A program made the position numbers and the translations under genes. This document shows, in pieces, positions 1 through 23,804 of a stretch of DNA of 64,000 nt (its first letter is position 1; each line of letters begins with the position of its first letter). This DNA is from Asterias rubens (Eukaryota): contig NC_047073.1 of the NCBI RefSeq assembly GCF_902459465.1, positions 1,860,001-1,924,000 on the forward strand, given 5' to 3'. The notes beneath the pieces were generated by a model. That model saw only the letters and a program-made list of their open reading frames with translations. It searched no databases and was not told where the DNA came from.

Positions 1-658
1 TTTTAATTTGGTATTGTTGAAGCACAGAAATTTGTGCAACAAGAGTGTTTTTCTTTCATTACTCTCTTGCAACTTCGATGACCAATTGAGTAAAGATTTT
101 CACAGAATTGTTATATTTTATGCATATGTTGGGATACACAGAATGATAAGACTGGTCTTCGACAATTACCAAAGGTGTCCAGTGCTTTTAAGAACAGGAA
201 TGCGTAAGCAGCATTCTTGTCTCCGATTTCACAAAGAGCTATCCCTTGTTTCCCATCTTCAAGGACCAATCAGAATCAATAATTTTTATAAAAATACAAA
301 AACTAACGGTTTGTGTATTATCGTTACAAAAAAATAAAATGGGCACACGCACTAAGTAAACAGTGGTTCGCATAGCTAATAGTTTTTAAACTAAACATTA
401 TAAACAATTTGTGCATAAAAACAGAGCCGATAAAAAGACCAAAAAGGGGCAAGCTAGTCATTAAACTGGTTCCCTGTTCTTATAGTATAAGGACAGGTAT
501 TGGTTTTACAGAACCAGTGATATCATTGGGTACAGCATACATATGATGATGTATGTAAATTGTACATACATCTTGACTGCGAAATGAAATCAACGGTGTA
601 TATTTGAACCACATAACTGTCAATATATTAACGTTGGTTCGAGGCCACTCTCGGGCTT

Positions 659-851
659 AATAGACAGATCCATTAAGCTTCGCCCCATTGCGTATTGACC
701 AATCACAACGCAACGAAGGTCCGACACTAAGGTCCGGCATGTGTGTGCGTATGCTTGGCGCGCGCGGCAGAGTTGTGCAGAAAGGCATTGGAAAGCCCCA
801 TGTGTTCTTGCTCACACGTGTGTCGTAGGCGGAGCCTACTGGATCGGTCTA
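659..851. mobile_element. MITE with AATAGAC(A/C)GATCCA..A.GCT.CGCC TIRs
   Basis: AATAGACAGATCCATTAAGCTTCGCC at the left end; GGCGGAGCCTACTGGATCGGTCTATT at the right end. Confidence 0.6.
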
Positions 852-2482
852 TTCACAAGCCTCGTGAGGCTATAGCTAGTCAGTGGCCACCACTTGATGG
901 CGCTGCCTCAATATAACATAGACTTATTGCAAATTATGTGGAATGAGGTGTGGAATAAGGTGCATGCTGGTCTAGCTAGCAGTCAAGTTTGATTAGAAAT
1001 GCCAGCCAGAAGCCGTACACTAAGCTGTCGTGTAGACTGGGATCACACCTGAAGCTTATCAATGCCGGTGAATTAATCCAGAGGTCGTTGGTTCAAGTCC
1101 CGTTCCAGTAAATTTTGTTTTGTTGAAAGCAACCCATTTCAAATTTACGCAGTCAGCTTCCCTTTTGGTTTATTACTTGATATTCAAGAATAATTTTAAA
1201 TGACTAGAGTGCTCCTCTGAACTACAAAGCAAGTTCACAATTCATTATTATTCATAAAACTTTGGTTTTTCTCAATTTGTTTTAAAAAAAAAAACTGACT
1301 AAAAGTACTGCTAAACACACCACCAGTATTGCATTACCAAATAATCCTCAATCCCACATTATTATTTGTTTTCAATTAAATAAAGCATTATCTATTTTCA
1401 ATCTATTTCAACAACCAAAGTTCATCTTCTAAAAAGTCATATATGTGTACTGCTATATGCAGTCTTCATTCATAGAAGTTAGGTTTTACTGTGCACATCC
1501 TAAAAGCAATTCGCATCGCAATTTGCCGATAGCGCCAAAGTTAACGGTATTTCACAGAGTTGGGAAGTATATATGTTTTAATCTTAGTCTGAAAGCTAAC
1601 TTTTTTTCAAAGTTCAAACAAGATTCTTAATGTCATTGACCACCATCTTTGATGAAACGTGCACGAGTAAAAGGCTACTATTGGCTGAGAGCTGTGCGCA
1701 GCCCGTACACGCGTGCATTTTGTCCACTGTTAATTATCAAACATGGCAGTAGATGACGGTATGCGCAATCCATCTATTGTTCCAATTAGAAGATAAGTGC
1801 GGCAGTCATAATCTGAAAGTCTTAATCAAAATCCTTTCTTGTTTCAGGACAATTGTTGGATTCAAGCCTGATATTTCATAGAGGCAATGAAGGCGACTGC
1901 CTCATGCCCCCTGCTGGTCGTTGCCTTGGTGCCCTTGAAATGTTCCAGTAGAAATTTACAATTTCTTCATAGAGTGCCCTTTACCAGGGAGAAAATGCCT
2001 TGGTGCCCTTGCCCTTTCAAAAACAAGGCGTACAAGCCTGTGGATTATTTATCTTAATTTAATGACAATGTTACACCATATTTATTTCAGAACGCACACT
2101 CATCTAGGAATCTTTTCTGCACGCCTTTTCTGCTCTCTACACTCACTAAGTGACAGTCCGCTACTAAGCATAAATATTCACTTCAACAAAATAAGGCAAG
2201 CCATGAGAAATCTTTGGAATGAAACAAAACGTCTGTTGTTTCGCCAACATTTTCATTTTGGCAGGAAAAATAAATAGTACTGATAAGTTTTCCCCCCAAG
2301 CACAATAAAAAAACCGCTGCTAAATCTGAGAGAATCCTACCATAAATTGAATCTATTTCTCAAGAGCGAACACAATTCTTGTCGCAGGCTGCCAGCTCAA
2401 CACTCATGCTTACCAGTTGTACATAAATCCTGCTTTGTTAGCGGAAGAATTGACTTGTAAACAGGTCCTCTCTGAGTTGTTG

Positions 2483-4483
2483 CTAGATTCCTCTGCGATG
2501 AATCTTTATCTTGAGTGTGGTGTATTTCTCCTTTGTGAGGAGTTTGATAGCGTGACTGTGAGTGGACATGGTCAAGTCTAGGCCATTCACCTGTCAAACA
2601 GGAAAGATCCACAAAATAAGAAAACTCGTTGCGTGCAAAATGAAAACCACTCTAACCCCAAAATACATCTTCTCTCTGTAATTGTTGCAGTTATGGCTGC
2701 TAAAATATAGGATTTAAAATGCCTCTAGCTACCGGCAATCTCAGTTGTCTGTACTTGGTAAGACACTGCTCTAGAATTGCAAACGGCATGAGTTTGAATC
2801 TCACCCGAGTGGATTTATGTTTTATATTATCATAAACTTACCTCCAGTATTTTGTCTCCAATAGCTAATCCTGAGAGTTCAGCAGGACTGCCTGGTTTCA
2901 CGACACTTACAAAAATACCCTGCAAAATGGAAAAAACAAATGGAATGAGTAATCTACGCTTGGGGGCGTATCAGTCGTAATGTGCTTGTATCTGCACGCA
3001 AATCGTGCGCATCAGTTCAATACGTTAGCTTAGGTGCATGAGGACAGCCCTGCGCTTTCTTGAGAAGAGGGTTTGAATTTCATGGTTGAGTGGTTAAGGG
3101 CATCAACTGGTGGTTAAGTCATCAGAGTGTTGGTTCAAATCCGGGTCGTGACCCACCTGTGTCCTTGAGCGAGATGCTTCCACCCAGATATATAAATGGG
3201 TACCTGCGAGGGTAGAGGTTTATAATGTGTTGCGTGTATGAAAAGGCCACTAGCGCCATACAGCAGCTCTGTACTCCCCAGGGAGGTGAGCAAGATCAAA
3301 GGAATGTTATTGGCCTAAGGACCAGGGCACTAATGTAAAGTGCATCGAGACGTTGTTGTGAAATGCGCTTTGTAGTTATTATTAATATTTTTCTTACCGC
3401 ATCTCCTGGTACGAAAGGGTTCTTGGATTTATCCTGATCGATTCCTCCGGCTATACTTAGCCCAAGACCAGCTCCGGGAATCTTCTTTAATGTTATGTCA
3501 ATCTGAAAATGTCAAGAGACAAAAATATTATTAGTACTTAAAAATCTTGTAATTCAAAACCTGATGACATCATCATGATGTCACTGTCCAAGTTTCCTCC
3601 TAGAACTACGAGGTTCGTTCTGCTATCGTCTCTAGACAGTAGCAGAATGAACTCCATAGTTCTAGGAGTATGTTCAAAATCAAGTGCCGTCCTCATGGTC
3701 CAAATGCCAAGGTTCAAGGTTCAATTTGAGTTACTCACACTATACTATTAGTGAGCCAATATTATTGGCGTAATTCTATATTTATAGAAAACAAATTCAA
3801 GTAAAAAAGTATGAAAGATTTAACTAAAAGTGAAAGAATGTTCAAGTAATTTTGTCACTTGATCCCCCCCTCCCCCCGAGTCTCAATTGAAACACTATAT
3901 ACAAAATATAGACTAAAAAGGTACAAAAAACATCCCCATTCCAAGTTTTTCTTTTGATTTATTCCCAAAGACTAATTTAAATTTCAACTTGACTCACCAA
4001 ATAAATCTAAATCACATTGGCAATGTCAGTTGTCACAACAATAATAATATATTAATAAAGGGGGTGTTGTGGTTAAACAAGTAAATAATGAAGTCAATAA
4101 TAACCTTGAGTGGTTTGTCATGTTTGTTTACATTTGAATGACAAGTTGTAACATACAGTTTGGTTTGTTGTTGATACAAAACCAAAATATTAAACTTTCT
4201 GAATACTCGTTCATCAGAAAATTAAAAGATAAATAATAAACAGCGCCCTCTACAGTTGATTGATTTAATCTTGGGCGCATCAAAAAAGTTCTGGGCGGTA
4301 GAAACGAACAGCAAATCTTCATCTTTAGACACTCATTTGGGGTAGAAAAACAAAAAATTTGCTACAGCCATAGACCTGGAATGGTTTTATCGGGTGATCA
4401 TCTTTAAAATTCTGACAATATCTTTCAAACGTCATAAAAACAACACTTACACACGGTATTCCACCACCGCCCATGGACGCCAT
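2483..4483 (-). CDS. TAX1BP3: Tax1-binding protein 3 (TIP-1)-like single-PDZ protein, 4 coding exons, 107 aa
   Basis: Exons 4483-4451, 3502-3398, 2919-2842, 2590-2483; all GT-AG, all phase 0. Translation: MASMGGGGIPC/IDITLKKIPGAGLGLSIAGGIDQDKSKNPFVPGDA/GIFVSVVKPGSPAELSGLAIGDKILE/VNGLDLTMSTHSHAIKLLTKEKYTTLKIKIHRRGI*. The GGIDQDxSxNPF insertion is the TIP-1 hallmark, and the introns before GIFV and VNG match my recollection of TAX1BP3. Confidence 0.8.
3082..3385 (+). mobile_element. tRNA-headed SINE with a Meta-like central domain
   Basis: TGGTTGAGTGGTTAAGG head, GGTTCAAATCC B box, GTGTCCTTGAGC...CCACCCAGATATATAAATGGGTACC, then a tail ending in an ATT-rich stretch. Confidence 0.6.
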
Positions 4484-4999
4484 GTTGGTAATTGTGTGGC
4501 TGTTGAATTTCCAGAGAGGAAAAAAGTAAAACCATAAACATTTTGCACATACGAGAAAAACTCACATATGGAATTATAACGAGTCATCTTTTAGGAGTGG
4601 AATTTTATCGGTAGGAAACAAAACACAATAATAAATTATTATAAGGAATGGAATTCTTTGAGTTTGTTGCTACATTACAAAGTCTGTTAGTGTTGGTAAA
4701 AAAACTGCAAAAAGAAAGCAATGTTTAGTCTGGTTTTCACGTGAATTTATTCAACCTCAAATAACATCGTATGCAGGTTAGGTACAACACCAATTTTGTC
4801 GCCATATGGCACATCAGCTGGTCCCATGTGTTTCTTACCTTAAATGCCACGTAGAAATATGTTACCAGTTAAAATACACGAAAGCAAAATAAAAAGCAAA
4901 TTTACTGAAGAAAGTTACCGGAAGAAGTCACGGCACAAGTCACAAAATCATCACAGCTGCCTTCTGGTTTTTGCTGTATTTTGCCCTCTATCTGAACAG
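4484..4999. promoter_or_regulatory. Probable bidirectional promoter between the TAX1BP3-like gene and SLC30A7
   Basis: The divergent ATGs are at 4483 (-) and 5000 (+), only 516 bp apart. An ETS-like ACCGGAAG lies at 4917-4924 and a YY1-like CGCCATGTT overlaps the minus-strand ATG (4479-4487). Confidence 0.6.
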
Positions 5000-17190
<12,191 letters not shown>

Positions 17191-17298
17191 ACATCCATCA
17201 TCGTGTCATGCTCTGGCAGTGGCTTTAAGATGACAAGGTGCTGTCTTAAGATGTCATCTCATCCTTAAGAAGGTGGATCAGAATGAACTACTGTATGT

Positions 17299-17644
17299 TT
17301 AAGGGTTTTGGTACTTTTTGTACAAAACACAACACAACACCCACAGATTTCCATTAAACTTACATGGTTTATGATGGTAGAAAGCTTCCCTTATAATATT
17401 ACCTGCTGTGGTGCTGTAGTTTTGAGAAATGAGTAAGACAAATTATAAAAATAATTGTCTTATTATGAGACGGTTTTTAAAACATGGCTCTGTGATCTCC
17501 ACTTTTTTTTTTCTTCAAAATCTTGATGACTCATAAAGCTGAAACTTCTACAGGTAAATTATATAACATACATCTTCATTCACAGTGGGTAGGGACTTAT
17601 ATCATGTCAAAAAACTTGATCTACAAAAGGTATCAAAACCCTTT
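17299..17644. mobile_element. Kolobok-type MITE downstream of the SLC30A7 stop (probable 3' UTR)
   Basis: TTAAGGGTTTTGGTACTTTTT...AAAAGGTATCAAAACCCTTTAA. Related right ends at about 25920 and 55990. Confidence 0.6.
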
Positions 17645-18369
17645 AAGATGCCAAAGTGCTGTCCTAAGATGCCCTCTCGTCCTTAAGAACGTGTTACGTA
17701 ATGAACTACTGTGTGTTGAGGGCAAGTGGTAGAATGCGATACGCTTAGGAGGGTACTAGATTGACAAAGTCATTCCACAGTATACAGCTGTTGCACGCTG
17801 TGACAGGATCCATGGTGTTTTGTACACCCAAGGGGGGCAAGTGGCCCCCGAGGCGAACGCATTGATCCCCATCATAGCATGCAACAATTGTTTTGATATA
17901 CCTTGGTAACATTATTATTCCCCTTCTCCAAGTTCTGTTGTCATCATCAAACATATTACGACTGAGTATGCATAGTTAAATGACCAGACCAACAGTTGTT
18001 CAAACAAGAAACAACTCTTCACTTCCCTCAAACCCGCGGCTGTTTCGGACAAAGTGCTGGAAATGTTAGAATTTCATGTGTTAATATCATGTTGTTGTCT
18101 TGTATATAAACGGTATGCACCATTATTTTCATGTCACAAAGTGCATGCATTATTTATAGACCCTGTCCTTCCAGAGAAAGTGTGACATGTAGCACAACTC
18201 ATGTCTGATTTAGTAGAATAATTGTAAAACGTTACATGTAGCTTCAGCTTTAGTACCAATGGCAAAACCTGTCATCATAAGTTTGCTGGAACCACAACTA
18301 GGGGCTGCTTTGGGATTGGTTGCAAAAACTGCAATCATAGGTTTGCTTTTTATTTTATTTTAGTAAATC

Positions 18370-18655
18370 GCCAGACACACAAGGCCTGAAGGCCACTTCA
18401 AGGTGTGAGCTACAATTATTTTTTTCCAGAGGCCGCTGCCACCTACTCCTAGGGCTGAAACAGGGTTACCCCTTTTACAGTCCATACGAATGTAGGCTTG
18501 GGTATCGTCAGTCCGAAGTCTGGCTGGTAGAGCAGAAAGCACTACCTCCCCAATTTTACGTAGGAAGTGTCACGACCGGGATTCGAACCCACACTGCTGA
18601 TCAAACACCAGAGCTTGAATCCGGTGCTCTTAACCGCTCGGCCATGACACGCCAT
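18370..18655 (-). mobile_element. tRNA-headed SINE with the same head as 12981 but a different body
   Basis: Head on the minus strand: GGCGTGTCATGGCCGAGCGGTTAAGAGCACCGGATTCAAGCTCTGGTG..GGGTTCGAATCCCGG. The body CTTTCTGCTCTACCAGCCAGAC..GATACCCAAGCCTACAT also occurs in a plus-strand copy at about 56313-56485. Confidence 0.7.
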
Positions 18656-19395
18656 GACTTGCTGAAACCAAAAGTAGCTACTGCTTTGGCAACAGTGGCA
18701 AAAACTGCTATCATAAGGGGCAACCTAGTTTCGAGTTTTGGGCAGAAAGTGTTTGGTCTGGGCGTGGATGTTACAAGTAAAGAATTATTTTCTGTTCCTA
18801 TAAAAACGAAAACAAAAACAATATTATTTTTCATGCTTTCTCATCTGAAATGGTTCTGGGAGCTTATAAACCTCAATAAAGTAGCTTTTTAAAACAACAA
18901 AATGTTCTCTAACAAAGTTTACTTGGCAGAGAAACGACCACTATATTTATTTTTCCTTGAAATTTATATTTTACCTACATTTTAAAGTAACATTTTTCAA
19001 CTCCCGATCCCAAACATGATTTAGTTTTAGTCGATTTAATTCATAACTCTCTTGTTACAATGTGGCTGTCATTTTTAAACGCATGAAGCTGGCAAACCCA
19101 TGGTATTTGGGTTTGTTTGTTTGTTTGTCTGTTCTTAATTTGTTTTGTAAAGTTCATGGCGAAGTATATCTACTTATTATTGTACAGCCATAATGCAGCT
19201 TAGTCAAAAAAACATTTTCTGATGTTAAAAATTACTTCAAGTTGCATCGCCCAATATTTTGCCAAACAACTTTGAAAGTGGTTTATCAAATGTTTACATC
19301 AAAAAATTACATGAGTTGGGATTTGCCAGGATTTTTTGAATTTCGGGCTTTAAGAAGTTTGGCCCTGTTTGAAATTCAAAGATATAGTCTGTTAA

Positions 19396-19689
19396 AGGCA
19401 GTGGACACTATTGGTAATTACTCAGAATAATTAGTAGCATAAAACCATACTTGGTAACGAGTAATGGGGAGAGGTTGATAGTATAAAACATGAGAAACAG
19501 CTCCCTCTGAAGTGACGTAGTTTTCGAGAAAGAAGTAATTTTCCACGAATTTGATTTTGAGACCTCAAGTTTAGAATTTGAGGTCTCAAAATCAATCATA
19601 TGAAAGCCCACAACTTCGTGTGACAATTTGTTGAGATACACCAAGTGAGAAGACTGGTCTTTGACAATTACCAATAGTGTCCACTGTCT
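19396..19689. mobile_element. Kolobok/T2-type MITE, family A, complete copy (opposite orientation to 7486)
   Basis: TTAA on both sides; TIRs AGGCAGTGGACACTATTGGTAATT / AATTACCAATAGTGTCCACTGTCT. Confidence 0.85.
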
Positions 19690-20884
19690 TTAACCTGTAG
19701 CATGCAACATTATGTTCATTCAAGTTGCTTTGTTGCCACACCAGGAAACAATTGCATCTATTTTGTAAATTCCATACAATCCCATCTGACCATAAATTTG
19801 GCCAAAAATGGGGCGATGCATCATGGGCTGATTTCACAAAGAGCTAAGATTGATCTTAACTGCAAATCAATCGTAGTTGCTAAGTAAAGTGTGATGCCAC
19901 AATAAAACATCACTCTGGTAATACTCATTATTTGTCTTGCGATGAATTTTATTGCTCTGTGAAATCGGCCTCTGTAACGATTATAAATGGATTGAAAGCC
20001 ATTTCAAAAAGAAACAACAAAAGCTGAAATTAATCTTTAATTTTGAAATAACTAATAAATGCTTTGCTTAAAATTACACTGCCACATGAGAACTTATGGT
20101 TTCCAAGGTCAATTAAAGGGATACGTTGCCTAGGAATGTTGGATCAGGCAAGTTAAAAAAGCATTTGAAACTGTTTGTTCAGAAATGCATATGGTTAGAA
20201 AGATGTTTAAAAAGTAGAATATACATGTAATGATCCACACAAATATGCCTTGAAGATGCATGGTTTTTCCTAACTTTGTGATCTAACAGTCGACCATTTC
20301 GTTAATTTGACTCAACAAATTGGAGTGCCGTGTTAGTTTGACGACGTATAATGAAAACCATGCAATTTCGAGACATATTTTGTGTGGATCATTATATTCT
20401 ACTTTTAAAACATCTTTCTAAACCAAATGCATTTTATAACTAACTGTTTAAACACTTTTCATCCTGTTCATAGACAAACTCGCCCGATCCAAGGCAATGT
20501 TTCCCTGTAAGGTATAAAATGTTTTTTGGTCTTAAAATTTGTATTTGTGCTTTTACCCATCCAAGCATCAATGTGTGAGAAGCGCTGTATTAATTCAGTT
20601 TGCCGAGTAAGAAATTAAATTAAAAAAAAAAAATTCATTCTTTTTTTCTCTCAATTGTTTTTGTAGTTGACCATGTTGACAACAAAAGGGAAATGTCAAA
20701 TCATTGGTGACTTGCTGACACAAATGACATAACCATATTACAGCAGGATGTTGACCATCCGATCCCCAATATGGAAGTTGTTATTCAAAGCTTGGAATTA
20801 TTCATGATTCACTGCTGAGGCAGGAAGTAGATTTGAATCTATAACCACCTTGCTGTATAAAGCGCTATTGTTGGTGTATTATTT

Positions 20885-21545
20885 TAAAGACACTGGACAC
20901 CTTTGGTAATAGTCAAAGACCAGTATTCTTACGTGGTACATGTATATCCCATCATAATTAAACATAAAATAACAACTCTGTGAATTTTTGTACTCAATTG
21001 GTCATGGAAGTTGCAAGAGAATAATGAAAGAAAAAAACCGACATCACTTAAGAGGGAGCCGTTTCTCACAATGTTTTATACTATCAGCAGCCATTGCTTG
21101 ATACCAAATACATGTAAGTTTGTGTGCTAGCAATTATTTTGAGTAATTACCAATAGTGTTATGTGCCTTGAAGGCACTGTCCACTATTGGTATTCACTCA
21201 AATAATTGTTTGCATAAAACCTTACTTGGTATTGAGCAACGAAGAGATGATAGTAAAACACAGTGTGAGAACTGGCTCCCTCTGAAGTAAAACAGTTTTT
21301 GAGAAAGAGGTAATTTCTCATTAAAATATATTTAAGACTACCTGGCCTGAAGCCCTTTTTATTCATCTGGAAAAAAACATAAAAGTTTGTGCAACAAGGG
21401 TGTTTTTTCTGTCATTATTCCCTTGCAAATTCGTTGACCAATTTGGTGAAATTGCTCAAAGATTTGTTGTTTTATGCATCTATGCTGGGAATACTGGTGT
21501 TTGACAATTATCAAAATTGTCAAGTGCCTTCGACACCTTTTAAGC
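20885..21545. mobile_element. Two adjacent family A MITE copies
   Basis: AAAGACACTGGACACCTTTGGTAAT at about 20886 and AAGGCACTGTCCACTATTGGTATT at about 21171; internal blocks are shared with the 7486 copy. Confidence 0.7.
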
Positions 21546-23454
21546 ACTTTGAAATTAAAGTAGTACAAATGGCTCTCATTGTGAATGCCAGAACACATTC
21601 GTGTACATTTTGTGGGTTGTTTTCCCTGAAATGACAAAGATTTACTTTGATGTTTATAAATCAATTTATAAATGTTTTGCATCCCTGCAATGGCGATTGT
21701 ACTTTCAATCGTTGAAAGATAGAACGTTCCAATCTTCCCTTTGTTAAATGGAACATTTAACCAATGGTGCCAAAACGAAGTTATTTTATTTGAGGGTAGG
21801 TTTTGTTTTGTTAATTTTTGTTCGCAACTCTTGCACGATTCCTAAAGAGTTCTCATATTTTCCTGAATGTCTTACTGTGGGTGTGTTCGATTAGCTTCCC
21901 CGGGTCGACCCCGGTCTTCCCCAGGTTCGTTCGAATAGCTTTGCCATCATTCCAGGGGCTCAACCGGGTCAGCCCCAAGTGGCCTGCTTGTGGAATGGGT
22001 CACATGGGGGCTGGCCCCAGGTGCATGACGTCACCACGAGAGGGCGAGTGTGATCGTTCGATTAGCTCTTGTCAGGGGCTCACTGGGATGAGCACCGCAG
22101 GGTCGACACTGGGACGCAATCGAACGCAACCTTTGTATGCTTTAAGTCATGGATTTGAGATTGTCAAAATTACTTCTATGAATGAGCATTGTGTCTAGTC
22201 ATACTGTTTTAAATATGTAGGATTTGAAACTTTGTTTTAAGTTCTCTGTCTTATTGTACCTCGTCAGCTAATAAATGAAACCTGTATAAACCCCTAATAG
22301 ATCATGTGACCTTTGTTTACAATACGTGTGACCATGTACATTTTGGGGCTTTTCTACTAAGCAAGACACTGCACTGGTCATACCAGAAAGATTGCATTTT
22401 GTGTCATAATTTCCACATAAATCAAGAGTTGTAAAAGTAACAGCTGAACAATTTTTGAGTTGTGCCCCCTTTTATCATTTAAAAAACTGATAAAAATTAG
22501 ACAGGACAATGTCCATAAACTATAACATTTTACGTTTTCTTTCATTAAGCTGTGTACAAATCGTGCAGGCAGGAAGTCCAGCCATTGATTTCACCAAACT
22601 CTTCCTAACGAATAGGATTAATCTTTGGACTTAATGACGAGTTAAGTTCCGTATCCATAGACGTTGGAATGCATTGAACCCATCCTAAGATAGGACAAGT
22701 TACTCGTCCTAAATCGAGATGGGATTAATCCTAGCGTTTTGTGAAATTGGCCGCAGTCTCTTTTGTAATTATGTGATGTCACATTATCTACATGCCTTGG
22801 ACTTATTTGCTGCTGTTAAACTTGCTGAAACTACTAACTAATTCAAAACACTGGTCAAAACACATTCGTTTAAATGAAGTTTTCATTTGTTTTCTTTTAC
22901 CATGTTTACTCCAGCGCATAACGACCTCTAGACGCTAAACAAGACATGTCTTATATGATAGATATTAATTTTATGGTTTTTTTTATAACTACATACGTAC
23001 AGTATCAAGGAAAAATCTGAATATTTTAGTTTACATCAATGATTGGTGCGAATTGCCAACTCTTCCTGATTCTGCATCAAGTTCCCTCAAAATTAACCAC
23101 TCTTTCCATATAATAATAATACCCAAACTTACATAGCGCCCTAATCAACCTTTATGGCTGGCGAGGTGCTGTGGGTCTTCTCGGTGCTATGTCGGCAAAT
23201 TATTGCGTCTTCGCTGCTCTACTTAGACATCTGCATACCAGATGGTGATCTGGTGAACAAATTTAAAAATCTCCCTGAAAGCTTTTCCTCAAGAAAGTTG
23301 AATGAAACTCTAAATATCAAGTATCATTCCCTTCTGATTGTTGTACAAAATCTCCCTGACTGCAACATGTAAATGTTGGCCTGTTGGTGAGCGATACTTT
23401 TGGTTATGTGTCTCTCGTCATTAGTGAGTGAAGCAAAGTCTCAAAGCCTTTAAT

Positions 23455-23640
23455 CAAATCAATCAATCATAAATAATTTTTAAAGCGCCCAAATCAAAGG
23501 TTTGCTTAAAGGTGCTTAGGCACAGAAGAAATAAATAAGTCATTGACGGGCGGCCTTCGAAACAAGTGGGCTTTCAGAAGTGACCTGTATGTGTTGAAGG
23601 ATGGATGTTGTGTCCCTGATGTGATTTGGAAGTAATGTCA
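23455..23640 (-). mobile_element. L2/CR1-clade LINE extreme 3' fragment with tail
   Basis: LPNHIRDTTS..TYRSLLKAHLF followed by GGCGCTTTAAAAAT and (GATT)n. Confidence 0.6.
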
Positions 23641-23804
23641 TGGATAATAAATCTTTAATGTACAGTCAATGAGCTTGGTTGAGGCGTCGCTTGGCGGATT
23701 AATCTATCCATTATTTAGTTAGTTCAGAGAAGTAGTACTGTTTCCGAGGTAACAGACAATACATTTTAGCTGGTCCCTTGTAAGCCCTCCACCTATTCCT
23801 CCAT

